From the NCBI GenBank assembly GCA_951406725.2, contig OX597814.1:169136001-169200000 (forward strand): DNA of 64,000 nucleotides, in the 5' to 3' direction. Made by a program: the position numbers and the translations under genes. Source of the stretch: Octopus vulgaris. Lineage: Eukaryota. The notes beneath the pieces are model-generated. The model did not search any database. It worked only from the letters and a program-made list of their open reading frames with translations, and was not told where the DNA came from. The stretch's first letter is position 1; each line of letters starts with the position of its first letter. Of the stretch, positions 49,041 through 60,718 are shown piece by piece.

Positions 49041-49385
49041 ATAGTGGAAAGGATTAATAATATCATGTTTTATCATCATCATTATAATTATAGGTGCCTG
49101 TTGTTGTTTATTATTATCATTATTATTATTATTATGTTATTATTACGTACCATTAAGGCAGTGAACTGACTGAATCATTAGCACAGCAGGCAATAATGTT
49201 TAGCAGTATTTCGTCTGTCTTCAAGAACAAATTATGTCGAGGTCAAGTTTGCCTATCATCCTTTCGGTATCGATGAAAGAAGGGACAGTTGAACACTGGG
49301 ATCAATTTAATTGACTAAACCCCACCACCATGAATTTGCTGGCCTTGTACCAAAATTTGAAACCGCTATTGTTATTATTGTTGTT

Positions 49386-50259
49386 GAGTGAGAGAGCAGC
49401 ACACATTCTCAAAAGATGCTGGATTACAAATATACAAAGCCCAATAAACCCATCATGACTACCTATGTGATAAGGGTACACCAGATACATGCATCACAAC
49501 CATATTGTATGCAACATAGTGATCTCATACCAAGAAAACCAGCACGTGACTTTACTGGTGGGGCCCAGTTAGAATTTTCTTCAGGCCATGTATCCCACCC
49601 TACTGAAAAGGTCCCTGAACAAGGGTTGCTTAAGGTTGTTGAACATTTAATCTGTTTCCAGAGGTGAATTATTCAAGCTACAAACAATTCCTCAACACAT
49701 GATTATGATCCTCCCCCACTATTCATGCTCATGATCAGAGATGCACATAGTGTCAACCACTGAGGGACATTCTCAACAATAAACCCATCATGACTACCTA
49801 TGTGATAAGGGTACACCAGGTACATGCATCACAACCATATTGTATGCAACATAGTGATCTCACACCAAGATAAACAGCACATGACTTTATTGGTGGGGCC
49901 CAGTTAGAATTTTCTTCAGGTCGTGTATCCCACCCTACTGAAAAGGTCCCTGAACAAGGGTTGCTTAAGGTTGATGAACATTTAATCTATGTTTCCAGAG
50001 GTGAATTATTCAAGCTACAAAGAATTCCTCAACACATGATTAATATCCTCCCCCACTATTCATGCTCATGATCAGAGATGCACATAGTGTCAACCACTAA
50101 GGGTCATTCTTAACTGGTTAAGGTCAAGCAACTGATAAGCAAATCTGCAGAATATTTGCCATAACCCATCTTTTACACCAAAACAAAACATGTACATGTT
50201 ATCACTCCCAATCAGTTAAGATCAGAAGCCACGAGAGCCACTGCCTGGTCCTGCATCAG
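49386..50259 (-). repeat. Repeat family E, near full length, with a 335 bp internal tandem duplication
   Basis: CAATAAACCCATCATGACTACC at 49442 and 49777. The CTGATGCAG end is shared with 59549/59868. Confidence 0.78.
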
Positions 50260-50264
50260 CTCAT

Positions 50265-50460
50265 TCCATCATGTGGTGTCCATTTTCATTGATGCATTTT
50301 TGAAGGTGATCTTCGAAGTTAACCTCTTGGAAGTTAACCTTGAAAAGAAAAAAATACTAAGACACCGTGGACCAAATGGTACCTGCCAGACATATGTCCC
50401 TCTCCCTGGGGTTGAGTAATAGCCATTTCAAAAACCGTCCACCTCTCTGCCCCACCTTGT
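50265..50460 (-). mobile_element. Tc1/mariner deletion remnant
   Basis: Minus-strand TA-CAAGGTGGGGCAGA TIR-like end and C-terminal peptide NFEDHLQKCINENGHH. Confidence 0.5.
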
Positions 50461-50597
50461 AATATCGGGTGGATATGAAGAGTTTGTGCTACATGGATTT
50501 GACTTAGATTTGTTGGGCTCAGGGTGATTCCGTAAAGTATGTTAATTTTAATCATCTTATTGCCTTGTAGTAATATGGTTCATTTGATATAGCATGA

Positions 50598-50878
50598 TGT
50601 AAAGGCGTATGGCTTAGTGGTTAGGGTATTTGGCTTACAATCACAAGGTTGAGAGTTCAGTTCCTGGTGATGCGTTGTGTCCTTGAGCAAGAAACTTTAT
50701 TTCACATTGCTCCAGTCCACTTAGCCAGCAAAAATGAGTAGTATGTGTATTTCAAAGGGCCAGCCTTGTCACATTCTGTGTTACATTGAATCTCCCTGAG
50801 AACTATGTTAAGGGTGCATGTGTCTGTGGAGTGCTCAGCTGAATGCACATTAATTTCATGAACCAGCTGTTTTATTGT
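50598..50878 (+). mobile_element. SINE family D-like
   Basis: TGGCTTAGTGG A box, GAGTTCAGTTCC B box, then TTGTGTCCTTGAGCAAGAAACTTTATTTCAC. Confidence 0.78.
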
Positions 50879-51042
50879 AAGCGATGGAGTGCTAGATATG
50901 GCATGGCTGGTGAACTTTATTAGTATTGGAGCTGTTATATTTATGTGGGAAATTTGACTGGCAACTATTGGTGCCACCAGCTAGTTGCTTTTGAAGTAAA
51001 AGTGGAAGAGAAAGAGAGTTTATTGAGAAATAAGAGGGAGGG

Positions 51043-51375
51043 TCATCATCATCGTTTAACGTCCGTTCTCCATGCTAGCATGGGTTGGACGGTTCGACTG
51101 GGGATCTGGGAAGCCAGAAGGCTGCACCAGGCTCCAGTCTTATCTGGCAATGTTTCTACAGCTGGATGCCCTTCCTAACGCCAACCACTCCGTGAGTGTA
51201 GTGGGTGCTTTTTACGTGCCACCTGCACAGGTGCCAGGCGAGGCTGGCAACGGCCACAGTCGGACTGGTATATTTTACGTGCCACCGGCACGGAAGCCAG
51301 TCGAGGCGGCGCTGGCATCGGCCATGAGTCGGATAGTGCTTTTTACGTACCACCAGACCAGGGATCCTGGCTGGT
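51043..51375 (-). mobile_element. RTE tail fragment
   Basis: (CAT)n, AGGAAGGGCATCC motif and about three subunits. Confidence 0.82.
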
Positions 51376-51394
51376 GTTATATTTATATTCAGTG

Positions 51395-51627
51395 AAAGGT
51401 GGCGAGCTGGCAGAAGCGTTAGTGCGCTGGGCGAAATGCTTAGCGGTATTTCGTCTGTCGTTACGTTCTGAGTTCAAATTCCGCCGAGGTCAACTTTGCC
51501 TTTCATCCTTTCAGGGTTGATAAATAAAGTACCAGTTTCGCACTGGGGTCAATGTAATCGACTTAATCCCTTTGTCTGGCCTTGTTTGTCCCCACTATGT
51601 TTAGCTCCTTGTGGGTAGTAAAGAAAT
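51395..51627 (+). mobile_element. SINE family B
   Basis: Full head, core and tail. Confidence 0.87.
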
Positions 51628-51635
51628 ATATATTC

Positions 51636-52720
51636 AGTTTCTACCATCTGAAAATGTGGTACCCTGTCAAATGCTTTTCAGTAATCAATCCAGAACATAC
51701 TAAAGCCTTTTTTTTTTTGTTCTATGCTTCCATAGCCCTGTTAACTTATAACTGTCTCTACACTACAACAATACATCTTTTTTCTGGTACGTTTTCTGTT
51801 CATCTGCTCTGTAAATAACCAAGTCAACCAGCTGTAGCATATGAATGTAAGTGCTTTGTATGTTGTTGAAAATCAAATTATAAGGTTTGTAGTTTTGTGG
51901 GTGTCTTGTGCTTTTGATTTGGAGGATTAACGTTGTTCTCCCCTCCATCATCCATTTGGATGTTAATTCTTGTCTACTTTATCAATTTATTAGATTCTGT
52001 TGCTATAGAATCATGAATTTTGGAGGAGAGGTACTTCAGTCAGAAATTGGCAACTTTTTTCAATTGTTGGAGCTTTCCTATTACTTAAAAAATTTTAATG
52101 TTGATAAATTCTTTGCTGGCTGCATAGGAAGTCATTTTTGCAGAGTTGTTTAGGTTTTAGCCTTTCTTTTCCATCTAACCTACTGTATATTTTTTTTATT
52201 GAACTGAATATTTCTGTTGCATTCTTCTATCTCAGTGTTCTTTATCCTCTGGCGTTGTTTTGTAAGTATCTCCATAAAATCTTTTGGTACTTGATTCAAA
52301 GCATTCATCATATCATCATCATCATCGTTTAACGTCCGCTTTCCATGCTAGCATGGGTTGGACGATTTTTGACTGAGGGCTGGCGAACCAGATGGCTGCA
52401 CCAGGCTCCAATCTTGATTTGGCAGAGTTTCTACAGCTGGATGCCCTTCCTAATGCCAACCACTCCGAGAGTGTAGTGGGTGCTTTTTGTGTGCCACCAG
52501 CACGGGGGCCAGTCAGGCAGCACTGGCAACGACCTCGCTCGAATCTTTTTACACATAGCATTATTCTAGAAAAAGCTTGCTTTTAGTTATGATTTGCCCA
52601 AGCTTTTCTTTTGCTTTCTGGGTACCTTTTTGGTTAATGCTATAATATCTTTTAGATATTTGGGTTTTTTTTCATGTTGGACATATTTTTCTTCATTTCA
52701 TTTGGTAAAAATACATTTTT
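51636..52720 (-). pseudogene. Heavily decayed R4/Dong-like RT N-terminal region, interrupted by an RTE tail (52305-52555)
   Basis: Across frameshifts: RKAP..KVANF, KWMMEGRTTLI, HPQNYKP, EQK, FWIDY*KAFDRVPH. Confidence 0.72.
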
Positions 52721-53613
52721 CTCTTTAAATCTTTCCCAAATTTAATGAAAGTTATTCATCATCATCATCATCATCATTGTTGTCATTTTAACCTCCCACT
52801 TTTCCATGCTTGTATTGGTTGGAAGAAGTTTATTGAAGCACATATTTTATGGCTGGATGCCTTTCCTGTTGCTAACCCTCACCTATCTCCGAGTAAGGTA
52901 ATATTTCTCTCTGAGCAGACAAGCCTTTGAAGAATAATGAATATGAATGATACTGATTTTATGGTAGTGATTCTCATTTGCAACTATCATGTGATGTCAT
53001 GTCAAGGATCCCCCCCACACACACACACACAAAACAGGATTCTTTCAGTTTCATTTTACTAAATTCAACGACAAGTTTTGAATCAGCCTGGTATTCTACA
53101 GAACCCATGACTAAGTTGCCATGCAGTAGAAATGAACCTGAAACTATGTGGGTGGAAAGAAACTACTTAAACACACAGCCATACTTACACCGAACTGTGC
53201 CTGCACAACTAGAGATAAGTTTGACTGAGAAGTGTCTGATTGTATATGAATCAAATTTAGCTTCTGTTAATACTTTATTGAATAGACTAGATAATTTAAT
53301 CAGTTGATATTTGAATAATTGGTTCGGACAGAATTTCTTGGAGGACCTTATTGCATTTATATATACTAATTACCCGTAGGGAAACCATATTTTGTCATGC
53401 AACCATAATATACTAACTACAAAGTATAGTAAAAGCTTTATAAGTCAATGCTGTGTCCTACTGTGTTAGCAGTGATATTAATTCATTTGTTAAGGTTCTT
53501 TCTACAGATTTTCTATAGGAATTAGAGCCAGCACAGATTTGTTATGACATTTTGTATACAAAAAAATATGCTTATGTGAACAATATGATTGAAGATGGAA
53601 AAATGGGTAATGG

Positions 53614-53660
53614 GTGTATATGCATGTTTCGAGAGTTCTTGCTCCTTCATCAGTAACCAC
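53614..53660 (-). ncRNA. Degenerate minimal hammerhead ribozyme motif
   Basis: Minus strand GGTTA-CTGATGA-A-GGAG CAAGAA CTCT-C-GAAAC-ATGC-ATA-TACAC. Confidence 0.5.
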
Positions 53661-53784
53661 ATCCAACCCATTAAACATCCACAAACTCATTGCTTAAATA
53701 TCTACTAGATATAGCGATGTAACACACACTACTGGATATACCAATTTTATTCATTAAACACATTCCTGACAACAGGTACATCAT

Positions 53785-54170
53785 TATTATCATCATCATC
53801 ATCATAATCATCATGATCATCATTTAATGTCTGCTTTCCATACTGTCATGGGTTGGACAGATTGACTGAAAACTAGTAAGCTGGGGAGCTACACTAGTTT
53901 CCAGTCTGATTTGGCATGGTTTCTACAGCTGGATGTCCTTCCTAAAGCCAACCACTCCAAGAGTGTAGTGGGTGCTTTTTCATGTGCCACCGTGCTAGTT
54001 ACAAAACACCAGCATTAGCCATGACTATGATCTTACTTGGTTTGGTAGGTCTTCTCAAGAAGCATGGTGCATTGCCAAAGGTCTCAGCCATATGTCGCTG
54101 CCTCTGTGAGACCCAAGTTTGAACGGTGCTTTTTATGCACCATCGGCACAGGTGCCAGATATGCGACACT
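53785..54170 (-). mobile_element. RTE tail fragment
   Basis: (CAT)n and the conserved tail motif. Confidence 0.78.
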
Positions 54171-54771
54171 GTAATTAATATGTACATACATATTAATTAC
54201 TTGTAGGGACTCCGTATTTCGTTATGTGACCATAAGATACTATAAAGCACATTAAATGTTTTATAAGTCAATACTGTGTACTACTGTGTTAGCAGTGCTC
54301 TTACATCACTTGCTAAGGTTCCCTCTACAGACATATATACTTTATATATACTTTCATGGAGCTGCCTGGACACATGCAACTTGGACAGTTAACCATGTTA
54401 TGTCTCTTTTTCTGTGTCATTGTTTCTGTTAGGTTTTCCTCAATGTTAACTCTGGTTAATTTGCATGCTGCTGTGTGCTCTTCAGTTTGTTGTTAAGTGT
54501 GTGGCAGTTGAGGGTATATTTTTCTCACTGCTGTGTATTGGTTGAAGGTTATATAGGAACTTCTAAGATATTCACCATTAATTTGAATTGAAGTTCTTTT
54601 CTATTCACAACTCTTTTTTTTTATAGGTTGTTATGTCTTGTTTGATTTTTTTTTTTTATTTGCTTGGTTTGCTCAGTAGTATTTTCATTGTATTTTAAAG
54701 ATTCCTTTGTTATATGAGCAGTCGTTTTGTTACATTATTTTCTTTTACCTTTTATGAAGTTTTACATGTTT

Positions 54772-54809
<38 letters not shown>

Positions 54810-56183
54810 CGTGTGATGAGATTTGTTGTGATGCTGTCATTAGTTTATAGTAGGTGTTCTTTTTGTATATAGTTGGTTGTTTTGTTTTCAGTGTGTATTT
54901 GTTACATGAGTTCTATTCCAATTTTTGGAATCTCGGTTTTGTTTTATTATAAATCTTTATACATTCTCAAGTGTATTACATTCAAATTTTTCTCATTTCT
55001 TCCTTTTCTCCTCGATAATGCATATGCCTCTTTTATAGTGCTCATGTGTATTATATGCGTAATAGGAATTAAACACTTCATTGTATTGTAAATTGTTCCA
55101 ATGTTTTCTTTCGATTTTGTCATTATTTTGGATCCTAGCAGTAAGAGATAAGATTTTTTGTTTGATGTTGTCCTTTTGGTAAAATGGTGCTTCTCAAAAA
55201 ATACGTTACATTATCTTCGTTTCAACCTCACATTAAACTCACACTGGGAAATCCTTTATACATTCTAACTTGCAGGTTGTGTTTTTGTTGCTGCTTGAAT
55301 TTTTTTTTTAATGGACATAATTGATGTTTTTAAATAGCATAACGGTTGTACTTACAAGAACTCTTATAGAATCTTTTACTATATTATTTTTTTTTGTGGT
55401 TAATTTTGGTTTTGAACTGGTTGTATTATTGGATTTATATCAGTATTTATGAAGAGCTATGTTTTCACAGTTATGCTGTTATTCAGTTTGGTCCAGTTCT
55501 AGGGTAGAAAATTGGGAAATTTGTGTGGTGGCAGATGAAATATCTTCCAGTTACTAAGTCATCTCTCCTTACATTCTATTGTCATATCTGATGGGGTCAA
55601 AATAAATATCAGTCCACTAGTTGAGTTGATTTAAGTTGACCATAGCCCACTTACAAAATGTGTGGAGTTGTTGTTCCTAAGTTAGAAATTAATAGATATT
55701 ATTGTTATTGCATTGCTTTGGTCATTCCTGCTTGAATAAACCTTATAGCACAGACGTAGCTGATCAATAAATTGGTTTGATCATACTGACCTAATGGTTA
55801 ATACTTGAAATATATTGTAGGGAACTTGTTGAAGCAGAGGGAGAGAGATTAGATGCTCCATTGAGCAGGTAAATGCTGTTGATCAGTTATGCTTGAGTAG
55901 CAGTCCTATGACACTAAGATACCAAATCAAAGAATTATTTAATCAGCATTGTAGCTGTGGTTAATTGGTTGGAACAATTGACACCTCCTACATGCACAGC
56001 TGTCTTCATAGTTTGACATTAATTTTTAAAAACAAAAACCTGTTTCAATGTTACAATGTCTAATTACAATTAAAAAAACCTGGATGTGAATAATCCAATA
56101 TTATTGCTAAGAATGTACCACAAGTTAATACAAAATCCCATTCTTTACAGACGTGATGGTGCTAGCATAATATCTAATTATGT

Positions 56184-56358
56184 TAGGTGTAGGAGTGGCT
56201 GTGGGGTAAGTAGCTCGCTTACTAACCACTTGGTTACAGGTTCAGTCCCACTGCGTGGCACCTTGAGCAAGTGTCTTCTACTATATCCTCGGGCCGACCA
56301 AAACCTTGTGAGTGGATTTGGTAGACGGAAACTGAAAGAAGCCCGTCATATATATGTC

Positions 56359-56419
<61 letters not shown>

Positions 56420-56626
56420 GTGTGTATATGTTTGTCCTCCCAACATCGCTTGTCAACCGATGCTGGTGTGTTTACGTCCCTGTAACTTAGCGGTTCAGCA
56501 AAAGAGACCGATAGAATATGTACTAGGCTTACAAAGAATAAGTCCTGGGATTGATTTGCTCGACTAAAGGCAGTGCTCCAGCATGGCCACAGTCAAATAA
56601 CTGAGACAAGTAAAAGAGTAAAAGAG
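56184..56626 (+). mobile_element. SINE family A
   Basis: Family A head, (TA)n centre and tail. Confidence 0.88.
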
Positions 56627-57111
56627 GTATCTAGTTGTATCCTAACTATTTGGTAAGTTGTTACAAGATTTTGGACTTTGTTGCAATCCTTACTTTACAG
56701 ATAGTATTGAGTTTCTTGACGGAGTTTATTACTCTGTTTCTGCCTGTCCATGGATATGCATGAGAGAAGCTCTTATATTGGCTTATAAATATCCAAGCAA
56801 TATGATGCATGTATTTGATATTACATAATCTCTGGTAGCAATTAGATCAAGACTGAGAATATAATATGGATAGAAGTAAAATATGTGATTTGATAAATAT
56901 TGATTTCTCAGTTCAGTCCATGGCTGGCTAATGTTCATTCTTGGTGTTGTTGTTTAGTCATCGAACTGTCCTGATTGAGCATGCCTATGCTCAAAGATAT
57001 TTTATTGTGTGAAGTGAAATATACAGTCTTTGGAGCTACACACTTCTGCCATCAGAATACAAATAGCAGATAGTGTGTGTCACTCAACACCTTTCCCTGT
57101 TTAGATTCACT

Positions 57112-57488
57112 TTTCTTTTATTTGTTTCAGTCATTTGCGGCCATGCTGAAGCACTGCCTTTAATCGAGCAAATCGACCCCAGGACTTATTCTTTGTAAGC
57201 CTAGTATCAGTCTCTTTAACCAAACCAGCATCGGATGTCAAGCGATGTTTGGGGGACAAACACAGACACACAAACATATACACAGACATACATACATATA
57301 TATATACCTATATACATATGTACGACGGGCTTCTTTCAGTTTCCGTCTGCCAAATCCACTCACAAGGCTTTGGTTGGCCCGAGGCTATAGTAGAAGACAC
57401 TTGCCCAAGGTGCCACACAGTGGGACTGTACCTGGAACCATGTGGTTGGTAAGCAAGCTACTTACCCCACAGCCACTCCTGTGCCTAT
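57112..57488 (-). mobile_element. SINE family A (internal deletion in 3' half)
   Basis: Reverse complement of family A. Confidence 0.85.
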
Positions 57489-57597
57489 GTTAACATAGGG
57501 AAAATTTGATTGTAGGATCTAAACTGAAGGAATTTACTATTGGAGTAGATTTAAGTTTTAGCCCAACAGTCTTGGCTGTTTTCAACACTGGAATCCT

Positions 57598-57910
57598 CCT
57601 CATTGTCATCATCATTATTGTCATCATCGTCATCGTCATTGTCACCATCATCGTTATCATCATCATCTTAATCGTCATCGGCATCGCTGTCGTCATTGTC
57701 GTTATTGTTGTCAATGTCATCTTCATCATCATTATTGTCATTGTTGTCGTCATTGTCGTTGTTATCATCATCATCATCATTGTCGTTGTAGTTGTCATCA
57801 CTATCATCATTATCATCATCATCATTGTTGTTGTCATCATCGTTGTCATCATAATTGTCATCATCATCGTCGTCGTCTTCATCATTGTCGTCATTATCAT
57901 TGTATCATCA
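57598..57910. repeat. Cryptic trinucleotide repeat (CAT/CGT/TGT/TAT)
   Basis: 3-periodic degenerate (CAT)n that produces the spurious I/V and M/T ORFs. Confidence 0.9.
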
Positions 57911-57924
57911 ACATATATACATGT

Positions 57925-58226
57925 AAGTGTAGGAGTGGCTGTCTGGTAAGTAGCTTGCTTACAAACTACATGGTTCCGGGTTCAGTCCCACTGCATGGCA
58001 CCTTGGGCAAGGTGGTAAGCTGGCTGAACCGTTAGTATGCCAGACAAATTGCTTAGCCGCATTTCATCCATCTTAATGTTCTGAGCTCAAATTCTACCGA
58101 GGTCGACTTTGCCTTTCATCCTTTTAGAGTTGGTAAAATAGGTACTAGTTAATTACTCAGGTCAATCATATTGACTTTCCTCTCCTCTCAAAATCTGCTG
58201 GCTCAGTGCCAAAATTTGAAACCATT
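57925..58226 (+). mobile_element. SINE A 5' fragment joined to a SINE B copy
   Basis: A head to CTTGGGCAAG, continuing directly as GTGGTAAGCTGGCTGAA (B head). AAG overlaps at the junction. Confidence 0.75.
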
Positions 58227-58624
58227 ATTTAACCTCTGCAGAAATTGTTTCACTTATGGTGAATGAACCTGATGACTTCTTTGTTTCACATTTATCCATG
58301 CATTTTTATCTAGTAGAGTGAGATACATGGAATATCAGGCTGCTTTTTCTAGCAGGTTAAGTGACCGCATATAAAAGGCTCCCTTGTTGGCTTGTATCAT
58401 CATCTGTTGTTTCATCTGACACTTGATAGCAACTCTGTATTGATCTTCTACATCAGATTTCACATGAGCAAGAACTGCTTGTATGTATGTATGTGTGTGT
58501 GGATGCATCAATGTGTGTGTGTATGTGTGTGTGTGTGTGCTTTACAATCTTTCATCAGTACAGCAGCTGTCTACTGAAGCTATTAGCTGATCTATAATAG
58601 ATATTTATATCTCTCCAGTCCTCA

Positions 58625-59062
58625 TATATACACACTCACACATACACTTTGACACACTTGAACTCTCACATATACATACACGCTCCTATACACACTTGCA
58701 CACACACATGCACTCACACTCACATATGTACTCATAATTGCACTTGTGCACTCACACTCACTCATGCACTCTATTCACACTCACATGTGCACTCATACTT
58801 GCTCTCACACATGCACTCACAATTACACTCATGCTCATAAGTACATTTGCACCAACAATTACACTTGCACTTACAGTTACACTCGCACTCACAATTACCT
58901 TCACACTCACACTTGCACTCCTAGTTACTCTTGCACTCCCAATTACAATCACCCTCCCAATTACACTTGCACTCCCAATTACACTTCCACTCGCAATTAT
59001 ACTTGCACTCACAATCACACTCACACTTGCAATTGCACTCACCCTCACACTCACACATACAC
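58625..59062. repeat. Degenerate 6/18 bp CA-rich minisatellite
   Basis: Units CACACT/TGCACT/CACAATT, locally the 18-mer ACACTTGCACTC(A/C)CAATT. Confidence 0.85.
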
Positions 59063-59184
59063 TTCCTCAGTATCAACAGAAGCTGTTGCAGTATTAGAAC
59101 TGTAAGGTAAACTTATAAGTATGTGCTTTAAGTCAAAACATGTTTTTAGACTCATTTTGAAAAGTAGTGGTTAGATAAAGATGG

Positions 59185-59226
59185 ATCTTACTAGTTTCAA
59201 GATTTATTAAAGGTTTCATCAGAGCT
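59185..59226 (-). ncRNA. Minimal type-I hammerhead ribozyme motif
   Basis: Minus strand AGCT-CTGATGA-AACCTTTAATAAATCTT-GAAAC-TA-GTA-AGAT. Palindromic ACTAGT stem III; stem II has two mismatches. Confidence 0.55.
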
Positions 59227-59560
59227 TGGTTGTCACTTCCTAATCACAAGCATCATAATTGGCTTAAAGTAATTCATAATATGCATAAACTTAGACAGAA
59301 GTAAATTTGTCTGACTATTTTAGCATAACAGTGCAAGTGTTGCCAATAAGAATGAATTAATGAATAGCGTAGCACTATTTTGAATTATTTAATGCAGGAC
59401 TATGAATAAAAGCAAAGACTTTGGCTCCAATAACCAAATAATTGAAGAATAAAGAAATGATTAATGAGAATGATGATCATGGTGATGGTGGTGACGATAT
59501 TAACAACAACAACAACAACAATAATGATAATAAGAATAATGATAATTGCCCTGATGCAGT

Positions 59561-59867
59561 TGTTTTTATTTGTTCCTTCTCGTGCCATGCCTGGCTCATA
59601 GGGTCGGTTTCCCAGTTTCCTTAGCGTATAGGTTCTCCACCTGGATGGGACGCTGGTCCATCACAGGTAAGCTGCAAGATGCAAGAGGAAAGAGTAAGAG
59701 AAAGTTGTGGCAAAAGAGTCAGCAGAAGTTCACCTTTACTTTCTGCCAGAGCCGCGTGGAGCTTAGGTGTTTCGCTCATAAACACACACATCGCCCAGTC
59801 TGAGATTCGAACCTGCAATCCCTCGACCATGAGTCCGCTGCTCTAACCACTAGGCCATGTGCCTTCA
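59561..59867 (-). mobile_element. tRNA-derived SINE family D with 12 bp TSD
   Basis: Head GTGAAGGCACATGGCCTAGTGGTTAGAGC...GGTTCGAATCTC. TSD CCCTGATGCAGT at 59549-59560 and 59868-59879. Inserted in the end of a family E copy. Confidence 0.88.
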
Positions 59868-60290
59868 CCCTGATGCAGTACCAGGCACTGGCTCCTATGG
59901 CTTCGGATCTTAAACTGAATGAAAGTGCTATCATGTACATGTTTTGTCTTGGTATAAAAGACGGGCTACCACAAATATTCTTTGGTCAGCCTGAGGCTAT
60001 AGCAGAAGGCATTCGCGCAAGGTGCCACACAGTGGGACTGAACCCAGCACCATGTGGTTGGGAAGCAAACCTCTTACCACACAGCCATTCCTGGATTTTG
60101 TTTATTTGCTGCTAGTTTGATCTTCAAAGGTTGGTGAATCTCAGGCCATCATCCTCCTTTGCATTCTCCTTATCAGTACTTTCAGGAGAGATCTCATTTT
60201 TGCTTTGAAGAGGTTGCTCTTTCTTGCTCAATTTTGTTGTTTTCTGTTGCTGGTTACTATTCTTTTTATTTAATGACTTTTATTTTTCTC

Positions 60291-60354
<64 letters not shown>

Positions 60355-60355
<1 letters not shown>

Positions 60356-60571
60356 TATGTTTGACTTTTGCTTTACATTATTTGCACAAGCTGGCTCCAA
60401 GTCTCACCCAGAGACCTCAAGAGACAACAAGTTGGAAGTTCATGTTGGTGTTATGCCTAGGGTGCCATATATTTGGTTTTGTACTTAGTGTTGTACTAGT
60501 GAATGCCTAAAAAAGACCATACGAAAATTATGTTTGTTTTAAAACTTGAGATTACATAGAAAGTATTTTGC

Positions 60572-60573
<2 letters not shown>
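60355..60573 (-). mobile_element. Extremely 5'-truncated R4/Dong copy (subfamily 1) in (TAA)n
   Basis: Only RKILSM* plus 3' UTR, about 90% similar to 60718-60990. (TTA)n on both sides. Confidence 0.88.
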
Positions 60574-60635
<62 letters not shown>

Positions 60636-60677
60636 TATTATTATTATTATTATTATTACTATTATTATTATTATTAC

Positions 60678-60717
<40 letters not shown>

Positions 60718-60718
<1 letters not shown>

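Noticed and set aside
54514-54560. VY-x10-YIG (GIY-YIG-like) on the + strand
   Set aside because: No downstream R/E-H motif, a stop soon after, and strand bias pointing to the minus strand. Probably chance.
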